The position numbers and the translations under genes were made by a program. A DNA stretch of 32,488 nucleotides from a virus (lineage: Duplodnaviria > Caudoviricetes), in the IMG/VR virus record IMGVR_UViG_3300027791_000079, positions 1 to 32,488 of that record; one strand, given 5' to 3'. Positions 26,301 through 32,488 of this stretch are shown in pieces. The notes under the pieces are model-generated. The model made no database searches, was not told the origin of the DNA, and saw only the letters and a program-made list of their open reading frames with translations. Each line of letters begins with the position of its first letter. Position 1 is the first letter of the stretch.

Positions 26301-26990
26301 GTCGCCCATTTGCGGTGTAATTTCTGGAAGTTTGATTGCTTCTTTTACTTTCATTTTTGATGAACGTTGTGTATCATATGAAAGTGGAGATTGTCCACCA
26401 TATGAACCTGATCCGTCACTTTCTCTCATGCCACCGCCACTAATTGGAGATGTAAGATCCATTGATGATTCAGGCGGAGTATCTGTTTCTTTCATCTTAC
26501 TAAATGTTTTAGCAAGGTTTGCTCTTTTTTCTGTTTTAGCATTAAACTTGTCTTTGTTTGCTAGTACATGTTTTGCGAATGCTGATGTAGACATTCCTGC
26601 TCTTTCTGCTTGTGCTTTGAAAGCACCTGGCTTCTTAACTGCGCCATCAATCCAATCTTCGGCTTCTTGTATTTCTTGTTCACCGATAGTTAGTTCGCCT
26701 GCATCCATTGCTGTTTTTAATTGATTAGCAACTGTTGGATTAGTGACTGTTCCGATTGTCTGTCCATCTTTTTGAATTTCTTGTGCAGGTTGACCTGATG
26801 CCGGGGCGATTGATAATTCTTCAAAGACCTTTTTTAATGAAGGTAGTTTAAATTCTTTAGTTACTGAATCAGATTCAGTAAGCATATTGCTTGGTCTAGG
26901 TTTTTTAGATTCCTTTTTAGGTTCTTTTTTAACTAATGACTCTTTCTCTGTCACTTTGTCAAATTTAGTTAATATGTCTTTAAAATCCAT
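23325..26990 (-). CDS. Large acidic, modular, repeat-containing protein; probable internal head (scaffold/ejection-like) protein
   Basis: 1221 aa, E/D/K-rich, many hydrophobic-X-E motifs and internally duplicated modules. Located in the head/tail gene region. Confidence 0.6.
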   Translation of the reverse strand: MDFKDILTKFDKVTEKESLVKKEPKKESKKPRPSNMLTESDSVTKEFKLPSLKKVFEELSIAPASGQPAQEIQKDGQTIGTVTNPTVANQLKTAMDAGELTIGEQEIQEAEDWIDGAVKKPGAFKAQAERAGMSTSAFAKHVLANKDKFNAKTEKRANLAKTFSKMKETDTPPESSMDLTSPISGGGMRESDGSGSYGGQSPLSYDTQRSSKMKVKEAIKLPEITPQMGDNGSNTQSVISGKKVKEGANMAAQYGPDDGSHNSSNDEKGNAAANAALAANDADTPQLVKEKTKDYDVKPTNNPKAAKGKVLNPKGKTDGKASPETYVESKSRNLPSISRLKSMCNEGLSTSAIQQLHPKCNKKELNIMIKNTKTNLKEGAHHILKAAKHMGHAHGLCKGGYSCPHDEGSEGARAYHEGYKEGLDEACGMGIRNEPIAGMEEGVAGAVAGGVLGAKAGFLPSVSGTVAGAYLGHKAQQAADNTNENEGEVVDTMASYGAMGEAESSPDGNVGADDAGAYDKYDWDAQTVEREVSEDEFEEGNAFSGALAKAHTGDKFEVGGKEFTKTTESDAYLEEDEWTFESLEQELNFHLIEGKDGMPTKAHITKMCKDGKSKAEICKMHPNCDQGKLKTMIDHCKKEMKSKLDEGYTMSITQGEENTPDRVSVNATDAEADKLIKFVKDVGLGQYGDAEVADVDAEVVDTGSFYGSPEVEVEPQGSHDDMLKLMGIVDMPNGDFEDEVEAPGTDIDVQVDDAACESCGDKHAMEEGCGDKSMEETQGYDDKEDESLGMRTGKESGKHQSMKDRRDDSYGKFGKRDEEHRDIKEYEDDHDVKPQADDMHEEQGYDDKEDESLGMRTGKESDHKQSDKARRDDSYGKFGKRDSEHREKSLEEMMGMIDEMSQGYDAVEEEKDAGLYDKYDWNASTEGDKKVDEESDVERDDHAEKAGREVAHDADYDDRRHPGKDGKDVTKDIEYDEMHEDQGYDDKEDESLGMRTGKESDKKQSMKDRRDDSYGKFGSRDEEHDHLKEMMAMLSEVGAEASEEPTQPLSQHDDERLLTKEGAEDAPKDDVNDTENEEITETQTEDQREFAVAEDDDLEEGKIPAGLKAYQDKKKGKKGDSEKEVDEACGDTKEEEELTEWANDAGKNGTETSFEQDIDFMTKVISGGLNKQKSTGQTTIPVIAGQNDRTGYNGADLVKEGSVMSHDGLAGLMLKMDELSK
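23919..24659 (-). repeat. Three copies of a 43-aa module QGYDDKEDESLGMRTGKES..(K/H)QS.K.RRDDSYGKFG.RD.EH
   Basis: Copies at 24531-24659, 24336-24464 and 23919-24047. Confidence 0.93.
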
Positions 26991-27000
26991 AATATTATCC

Positions 27001-27627
27001 TTATAGTCCCGCTGATGTCTCAGGCTTTGGAGCCCTTTTTATATCAGTGAACGGACTCTTATCACCTTTAACTGAATCATCTGTCCAAGGCTTCCAAGGA
27101 TCAAATGAATCTTTAGTATTCTTTTGATCAGCAGGTAAACCTACTTTGCCTACATTCTTATGTTCAGCATGTTTATGAATACTATCTAAATACTTATCAC
27201 CATATTCTTTGCTGGCTTCTTTTCCATTGTCATTCATTTCGTCATGCTGTAACAAAGGAGTATCTTTCATTTCATTTTCATAGCCAACCATCTCGTTGTC
27301 AATGCTATCGTCAAATGCAGTATTAACCATTCTTACATAGTTAATGTTGTGCCCTAGCAATTGTGCTAGTTGTTGAATCATTGGTTCAGTTACTGGATAT
27401 GCGAATTTACATTTAAAGATGTGAACTTGTTCATTTGAAAGATTGGGAAATCCATACGGTGATTTCATAATCGGTGTAGTAGTTGGGCCCTTGATTTCTT
27501 GAGGCTCAAACTTTTGTAAGTTATGTTTAAATAACTCTAAGAAATTTTTGCTACAGTCTCCAGCAACTTTGATCGTACAATCATAAGTGTGAATGGATTC
27601 TGCAATGTAATGTTTTAAACTTTTCAT
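27001..27627 (-). CDS. Hypothetical protein with T4 capsid-targeting-like N-terminus
   Basis: Start reassigned to ATG 27627 (GGGA RBS, late motif at 27650-27657). MKSLKHYIAE resembles the T4 internal protein leader MKTYQEFIAE. Confidence 0.7.
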   Translation of the reverse strand: MKSLKHYIAESIHTYDCTIKVAGDCSKNFLELFKHNLQKFEPQEIKGPTTTPIMKSPYGFPNLSNEQVHIFKCKFAYPVTEPMIQQLAQLLGHNINYVRMVNTAFDDSIDNEMVGYENEMKDTPLLQHDEMNDNGKEASKEYGDKYLDSIHKHAEHKNVGKVGLPADQKNTKDSFDPWKPWTDDSVKGDKSPFTDIKRAPKPETSAGL

Positions 27628-27649
27628 ATTGTATAGTTCCCGTATAATA

Positions 27650-27657
27650 TATTTATC
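27650..27657 (-). promoter_or_regulatory. T4-late-like promoter (GATAAATA) overlapping the upstream TGA stop
   Basis: Recurrent motif. Confidence 0.6.
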
Positions 27658-28144
27658 ATTCCTCTGAGTTTTTCCCACTTAAAACTCGCAGTAATTCGTT
27701 GCGATCTAAGTTTTGGCCTGAGCCCTCGCCTAAAGGAATATTGTCAATTTTTTCGTCAGCCTTTGCTTGACGTTGATCTAGTGTTGCTTTCTTTAATTGT
27801 AAGTCAATCATCTTTAATTTCTTGTTTAGTTTAGCAGTCTTAGCAGTAATAGCATGGTTTAACATGTTACTCGCAACACTAAATATATCTCCACTGAAAC
27901 GTGAATCTACTTGCATACCTAAGTCCATTAAATCTTGGAAACTTGTTGATGCTTTATCGGCTAAATCATCTAACTCTCTGTCAGATGCTTCTAGTCCTCT
28001 AACTGTAGGTAATGCAGTTTCAATCTTCTCTAAGTTATTTAATGCTTCTTTAGTAACTTCTTTTGCTACGCCCGGAATAGGTTCATTCAGTTCGTTTTCA
28101 TCACTAGATGCTATATCAAATAATTCTTCAAGTTTCTTTGTCAT
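27656..28144 (-). CDS. Helical/coiled-coil phage protein, possibly terminase small subunit
   Basis: 162 aa, helical, next to the head completion gene. Function inferred from size and context only. Confidence 0.4.
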   Translation of the reverse strand: MTKKLEELFDIASSDENELNEPIPGVAKEVTKEALNNLEKIETALPTVRGLEASDRELDDLADKASTSFQDLMDLGMQVDSRFSGDIFSVASNMLNHAITAKTAKLNKKLKMIDLQLKKATLDQRQAKADEKIDNIPLGEGSGQNLDRNELLRVLSGKNSEE

Positions 28145-28156
28145 GCATCTATTTAG

Positions 28157-28603
28157 TTACTTTGATCTGCCATTGTAGAAAAGATCATCTTCTGTCACTA
28201 CTCTAAATTTCATACCTTGTGCTTTACAATATGCTTTTGCAGAATACCATTTGGCATGATTGATCGCAACAACTGCTTGTTGTCTTGCATTTTGTACTTT
28301 TTCTGTTATAATGCTCTGTGCTTTTGGTTTGATCTCAATCAACTCAGCATTTGTTTTTCCAAACTTATCTTGGTATACTATAAAGAAGTCTGGAATATAA
28401 TTAGTGCGTTTCCCTTTAAAAGGATGTAAGTAAGGAATTACTATTGATTCACTCGCCCACTTGAGTATCTTATCGTTAGTATCACAGAAGATCATAAATG
28501 TGAGTTCCCAGCCTGAACGATACATAGGCTTACCTTTGCCCACATACTTATGAGGATTTTTTATAGTATAGATACCTTGTGCGTATTTTTGTTTACGAGG
28601 CAT
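28157..28603 (-). CDS. Head completion nuclease (T4 gp4-like, TnsA-type PD-(D/E)xK)
   Basis: NPHKY.G, YRSGWE, WASE.I.IPY, YIPDF, LIEIKP, N.AKW..A and FRVVTE motifs. Confidence 0.88.
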   Translation of the reverse strand: MPRKQKYAQGIYTIKNPHKYVGKGKPMYRSGWELTFMIFCDTNDKILKWASESIVIPYLHPFKGKRTNYIPDFFIVYQDKFGKTNAELIEIKPKAQSIITEKVQNARQQAVVAINHAKWYSAKAYCKAQGMKFRVVTEDDLFYNGRSK

Positions 28604-28612
28604 TGACTAACC

Positions 28613-28990
28613 TTAAGGTATTACGTTGCGTTGTACTGCTTGATTAGGAGTAGGAACATTTGATACCCCATACAATGCTGTTTTAGACTTTAATAAGTTA
28701 AGATAAAATGCCATTTCAGAGTTTACTTGTAATGTTGTCTGTACATTTGTTCTAAAGTAATCCATAAAGATTTGAATGTCTGTTTCAGTTTCTTGTGCAA
28801 TTCTAAACAATACTGTTGCAAACTGAGATGCAGTTTGTTTAGTTTTTTCATTTTCTGAATTGCCTTTAAGCACACCTAAAAAATAAGAATACACTGAGTC
28901 CCAGTCCCCTGAATTTACTCTTAGTGTCTGAGCATAGAAACTATCAAAAATTTCAAGTGTGTTTTCTCTTTCTGTTATTTGTAATGCCAT
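28613..28990 (-). CDS. Hypothetical protein
   Basis: 125 aa, TAATG coupling with the upstream gene. Confidence 0.75.
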   Translation of the reverse strand: MALQITERENTLEIFDSFYAQTLRVNSGDWDSVYSYFLGVLKGNSENEKTKQTASQFATVLFRIAQETETDIQIFMDYFRTNVQTTLQVNSEMAFYLNLLKSKTALYGVSNVPTPNQAVQRNVIP

Positions 28991-30840
28991 TAACCTAGTC
29001 CTAATGCCCCTGCTATAAATCCTTTAATTTGTTGACCTGCTGTTTGTGGATCTGTGTTCGATGCCGCTGTAGTATTAGTTGTTGCACCAGTCACTACACC
29101 TTGGTTAGCAATGTTTACTACTGCGGGTGTTGAAGCATTAGTCGGGAAATTTGTGTCTCCCCCTAAACCTAATGCGGCTAATGCGGCCGCTCTAGCGCCT
29201 TCCTGAAGCATTCGCCTCCCTGTATCTAATGGGCCATCTAATCCTTCAGTGCCTCTTCTTAATAATGCTTGTAAGTCTGCAAATGATATATCACCATCAT
29301 TGAACCGTTGCCAAAGTTTGGCGATATCTGCTGGATTGTTGCCACCTTGGTCTAGAGGACTTTTTGTTTTGTCATAGTTAGCCGAATCTTTACCAAACGC
29401 CGGCGGCATATCATCGGTTTGCTCTCCTGTATTGTATATTACAGTCTCATAATCGATAGTCATTCTATTTTGCATTGTGCCGGCGCCGTCTGCATAGTCA
29501 TATGTGTCATGGTCAAATGTAGTGATGACTGGATTGATTAAGGTATATGCAATATATGTTCCTGCCCACATGCCATATATTGTAATGTTATTAAAGAAAG
29601 GTACTTTCTCTCCGCTCTGTGTTCTTGCGTCACCAATGTCGCCACGTACATCGCCCCTGTAACCATATTCAGTATCACCTGAGATAGATGGATCATAAAT
29701 ATTACGTCTGTTAAATGCTCCTGGACTGCCTTTACTAGCACCCTGCCAAGGATTAACAACTGGATTCCAAGCATCTGCATAGTTATATCTATAATATGCG
29801 TCCCATATTGCAGTAACCTGTGATGCATTGTCATCATGGAATGTAATATCAATTGGTTGGTATTTAATTTTTGATTGAATCAAACGTTTTCTATTGTATT
29901 GATTCATTTCTTGTACTTCTATATTAAACGTAGGTAGCTTAACTGACTTCACTAATAGACCTAAGTTATTTCCAACTGTTGGGTTTGCTACGATGGCTCC
30001 TTCATTGATATCAAATACAGTATGGAAAGTAAATTTAACTTTACCTGAGTTTCCTTGTGCATTAGGTAAAAATGTTTGGGCCGCATGAGTATAATCACGC
30101 AAATACACTCGACCAGTCAACGCATCCACAATGCCTGTTTTTAGATCCTCTCTAGCCCTTACAAAGGAAGATTCTGAATTTGCTTGTCCAGATCGATCTG
30201 GTACTATTCTCGGTGGAGCATTATTGTCAGGTGTAACTATCGGTGGCACGGATATCGGAGGAGGGGTTGTAACGTCTTCAAGGTCGTCATCAACCTCATC
30301 AGGTATTGGTGGAGTATCAATTGGTGGAGGTATTATTTCATCATCTGTATCATCATCAACCTCATCAGGTATTGGTGGAGTATCAATTGGTGGAGGTATT
30401 ATTTCATCATCTGTATCATCATCTGTATCATCAATTCCATCTTGAGGTATAATGTTACCTAGTCGTAACTGAGTTGCTTGATTTTGAAAGTCATCTCTTA
30501 CTCCTTCCGTAACATTAAGTATAGTCCCGAGTGTTATATCGCCAACTGTATATCCAGGAGGAATGTATGGTATAAAATCTTGTATTACTGGAGAGTTAGT
30601 AGATAAATTATAAGTTGTTCCGGTTAATGCTTCAGCAAAACCTCCTCCTAAGAAGCCTCCTATCGTAGTGGCTTGACTTTTTATATATGATATACGTTCA
30701 TTTAATGCTACAACACCGACATCTAATGCAATTGCATCTGTCGTAGTCGTTGGTGGGTTAGGAACATTATATAATGTTAGCACACCCGGCATTGCTCCGG
30801 TTATCTTTTGCGGTAACGTAAGTGTATTATAATCAGCCAC
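28990..30840 (-). CDS. Tail-tube-like protein (baseplate-tube junction/initiator-type) with Pro/Asp-rich N-terminal extension
   Basis: LLVKSVKLP.F......NQYNRKR....KI.Y.PI.ITFHDD...M.IDYE is a tube-fold pattern. GTG start with AGGAG RBS. Adjacent to tube and sheath genes. Confidence 0.65.
   Translation of the reverse strand: MADYNTLTLPQKITGAMPGVLTLYNVPNPPTTTTDAIALDVGVVALNERISYIKSQATTIGGFLGGGFAEALTGTTYNLSTNSPVIQDFIPYIPPGYTVGDITLGTILNVTEGVRDDFQNQATQLRLGNIIPQDGIDDTDDDTDDEIIPPPIDTPPIPDEVDDDTDDEIIPPPIDTPPIPDEVDDDLEDVTTPPPISVPPIVTPDNNAPPRIVPDRSGQANSESSFVRAREDLKTGIVDALTGRVYLRDYTHAAQTFLPNAQGNSGKVKFTFHTVFDINEGAIVANPTVGNNLGLLVKSVKLPTFNIEVQEMNQYNRKRLIQSKIKYQPIDITFHDDNASQVTAIWDAYYRYNYADAWNPVVNPWQGASKGSPGAFNRRNIYDPSISGDTEYGYRGDVRGDIGDARTQSGEKVPFFNNITIYGMWAGTYIAYTLINPVITTFDHDTYDYADGAGTMQNRMTIDYETVIYNTGEQTDDMPPAFGKDSANYDKTKSPLDQGGNNPADIAKLWQRFNDGDISFADLQALLRRGTEGLDGPLDTGRRMLQEGARAAALAALGLGGDTNFPTNASTPAVVNIANQGVVTGATTNTTAASNTDPQTAGQQIKGFIAGALGLG
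30287..30423. repeat. Perfect 66-bp tandem duplication (22 aa: DTDDEIIPPPIDTPPIPDEVDD)
   Basis: Units starting at 30287 and 30353 are identical in DNA. Confidence 0.95.
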
Positions 30841-30864
30841 AGTTTTTTATTTCTCCTATAGTAT

Positions 30865-30872
30865 TATTTATC
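30865..30872 (-). promoter_or_regulatory. T4-late-like promoter (GATAAATA)
   Basis: Upstream of GTG 30840. Confidence 0.7.
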
Positions 30873-30888
30873 ACTTTATAAAACCCAT

Positions 30889-30912
30889 AAAAAAACTGGT
30901 CGAAACCAGTTT
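30889..30912 (-). terminator. Rho-independent terminator with UUCG loop
   Basis: aaactggt-cgaa-accagttt running into a U-tract on the minus strand, after the tail tube gene. Confidence 0.88.
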
Positions 30913-30936
30913 CTTTATTTAAATTAATTCTGTAAC

Positions 30937-31584
30937 TTACGTAGCAGTAGAAATTGCACTTGGGAATGTTTGTAGACCTGATTGTCCTACGCCTGCTCCC
31001 GGAACGCCGTTGATGTCGCCACCAGCATTTGTTTGAATTGCGTTATCATAACGTAAAGTCATAGCAATAGTCACTGCATCAGATGTACTATAGTTTAGAG
31101 TCTGATAGTTTGCTTGTTGTAAGAAACAACCTGCTAATGACCAGTTTTCTAATACTGTTGGTGTGTTGATACCGTTACCACCGTCTAAGATTTGAATTTC
31201 AGTACTGAACTTGTAGTCTCCGCCGGCTGCCGCTGAGGACTGCTCGTAGAAATCTAATTGTCTTTGTAACTGAGCACCGACTGCTTTTGATACATTACCA
31301 GAAGCATCATCTCTGACATTGATAGCAAGTGTTTGCCATGTGTGTTTACCTGCAAGATAGACACGTGAGTTGTACACGTTCATAGTGATTTCATCAAATT
31401 GAACTTGTGGTCTAGCACAGTCTATTACTTGTCTAGTAAGTATAAGTGAAGAATCATCGTCAAAACCAAAATCAATGAAATTCACTCGGAATCTATATTG
31501 AAGTTTTGGCATCAACAAGTTTTGGTTTGCTCCGCCTTCAGGTTGTACCGAAAGTTTTGCTAATGTATCTGAGGCTGTTGCCAT
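30937..31584 (-). CDS. Tail tube protein (T4 gp19-like)
   Basis: MPKLQYRFRV.F, RP.V.F.EI, YLAGKHTW..L..N.RDD, W.L.GCF and LRYDNA. Directly downstream of the sheath gene. AGGAG RBS. Confidence 0.85.
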   Translation of the reverse strand: MATASDTLAKLSVQPEGGANQNLLMPKLQYRFRVNFIDFGFDDDSSLILTRQVIDCARPQVQFDEITMNVYNSRVYLAGKHTWQTLAINVRDDASGNVSKAVGAQLQRQLDFYEQSSAAAGGDYKFSTEIQILDGGNGINTPTVLENWSLAGCFLQQANYQTLNYSTSDAVTIAMTLRYDNAIQTNAGGDINGVPGAGVGQSGLQTFPSAISTAT

Positions 31585-31616
31585 TGTTAATCTCCTGTTT
31601 TAATATATCTTGTATA

Positions 31617-31624
31617 TATTTATC
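31617..31624 (-). promoter_or_regulatory. T4-late-like promoter (GATAAATA)
   Basis: Upstream of the tail tube gene. Confidence 0.7.
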
Positions 31625-31633
31625 TTTTTAATT

Positions 31634-31655
31634 CAAAGAGGCCGAAGCCTCTTTG
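31634..31655 (-). terminator. C(UUCG)G hairpin after the sheath gene (weak terminator or mRNA-stabilising stem)
   Basis: caaagaggc-cgaa-gcctctttg 9-bp stem with a poor U-tract. Confidence 0.7.
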
Positions 31656-31665
31656 TATATTTGTT

Positions 31666-32487
31666 TTACGCTCCTGATAACTCACCAGTGTTGAATATTC
31701 TGACCGGAACATAGATAAACTCAGCGGCTTTCACGGGCTCTACTGCTATGTCAATCCAAAGTTCATTTCGATCTATTCTTGCTGGAGTGTTATTTGAATC
31801 ATCACAAACTACTGAGTAGTCGTATAATCCTCTTTTTGAAACTAAGTCTTGGAACAATGTTTCTACTACTGCTTTAATAGACTTTCTTGTTTGTGGATCA
31901 TTAGGTTCAAATACGAATGGTCTAGATGCTAGAATCAATTGTCTACGTATGTAAGCAACTAATCTTGCTACGTTAACTCTATCCAATGCAGATGAAGAAT
32001 TGAATGAAGTTTTGTTACCATAGTTCAATAATCCGTTACCTGTAAAGAATACCATTGGGTTAATAAAGTTAGTGTATAACACATCTCTAATACCAATACG
32101 TGTTCTGATTGAGTTAAATTCACCTTCTGCATCAATGTAACCAATGCTTGTAGCATTATCGATTATACCACGTCTAGTTCCTGCTGGAGCTAACCAAGGA
32201 TAAGCAATATTGTCATTACGCAACATAGTTCTTGTCATCATGTGTGATGATGGTACAGCAACTAAGTTACCAGATAGATCACTAGTGATACCTGATGGAT
32301 AGAATAGACCCATGTAAGTATTTCTAGTTACTAGTCCATCTTCACCTGTTGTCACTGCTTTCGCGGCGTTAGTTGCCCAAGCCTGAATTTCAGTTGCATC
32401 ATCTTTTAGTCTCATTGGTGTATCACCGACGATGTAAGAAGTCTCACCTCTATCAGAGTTCAATGCTACCATGTTAGGCTGTAGTTC
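31666..32487 (-). CDS. Tail sheath protein (T4 gp18-like), C-terminal part; 5' end outside the window
   Basis: PWLAPAG.RRG, INP, DRVNVARL, FVFEPND, VVCD.SNNTP.RIDRNEL and P.KAAEFIY. The frame is open to the window edge. Confidence 0.93.
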   Translation of the reverse strand, partial: ELQPNMVALNSDRGETSYIVGDTPMRLKDDATEIQAWATNAAKAVTTGEDGLVTRNTYMGLFYPSGITSDLSGNLVAVPSSHMMTRTMLRNDNIAYPWLAPAGTRRGIIDNATSIGYIDAEGEFNSIRTRIGIRDVLYTNFINPMVFFTGNGLLNYGNKTSFNSSSALDRVNVARLVAYIRRQLILASRPFVFEPNDPQTRKSIKAVVETLFQDLVSKRGLYDYSVVCDDSNNTPARIDRNELWIDIAVEPVKAAEFIYVPVRIFNTGELSGA

Positions 32488-32488
32488 A

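Noticed and set aside
27628-27678. Upstream start for ORF 27001..27678
   Set aside because: Overlaps the previous gene and spans the late promoter motif. ATG 27627 is better supported.
28157-28603. TnsA-like nuclease as evidence of a Tn7 transposon
   Set aside because: Motifs and context match T4 gp4 head completion protein. No tnsB/tnsC or transposon ends.
23479-30462. Short overlapping ORFs (e.g. 23479..23733, 26299..26724, 27822..28178, 29538..29852, 30131..30445)
   Set aside because: Antisense or off-frame within well-supported genes, with low-complexity mirror translations.
1-32488. Alternative genetic code (stop codon reassignment) as in some large phages
   Set aside because: Standard-code ORFs tile the window densely, and TAA, TAG and TGA all end genes at sensible positions.
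1-32488. tRNA or rRNA genes
   Set aside because: Intergenic gaps are short and explained by promoters and terminators. No cloverleaf or T-loop signature noticed by eye.

Overview
An AT-rich, gene-dense segment of a large T4-superfamily-like (probably jumbo) myovirus genome. Nearly all genes are on the minus strand; phoH is the only convincing plus-strand gene. The right half is a virion module: partial tail sheath, tail tube, a tube-like baseplate protein, gp4-type head completion nuclease, putative internal head proteins, tail fibre and Ig-repeat proteins, and an M15 peptidase. The left half holds replication, chaperone and auxiliary genes: a stand-alone DnaE fragment, GroES, clamp loader, a PRMT-like methyltransferase, PhoH, DnaJ, ClpA, a HIGH-type nucleotidyltransferase fused to a long modular tail, a glycosyltransferase and a PD-(D/E)xK nuclease. 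Two promoter classes are readable: consensus sigma70 sites and a recurring T4-late-like (A/C/G)TAAATA motif, several placed as if making leaderless mRNAs. The most intriguing signal is a set of modular acidic proteins punctuated by putative prohead-protease sites (hydrophobic-X-E). One carries two internal signal-peptide-like segments directly after such sites, suggesting a capsid-packaged polyprotein delivery system (hypothesis). All family calls come from motif recognition by eye, without database searches.
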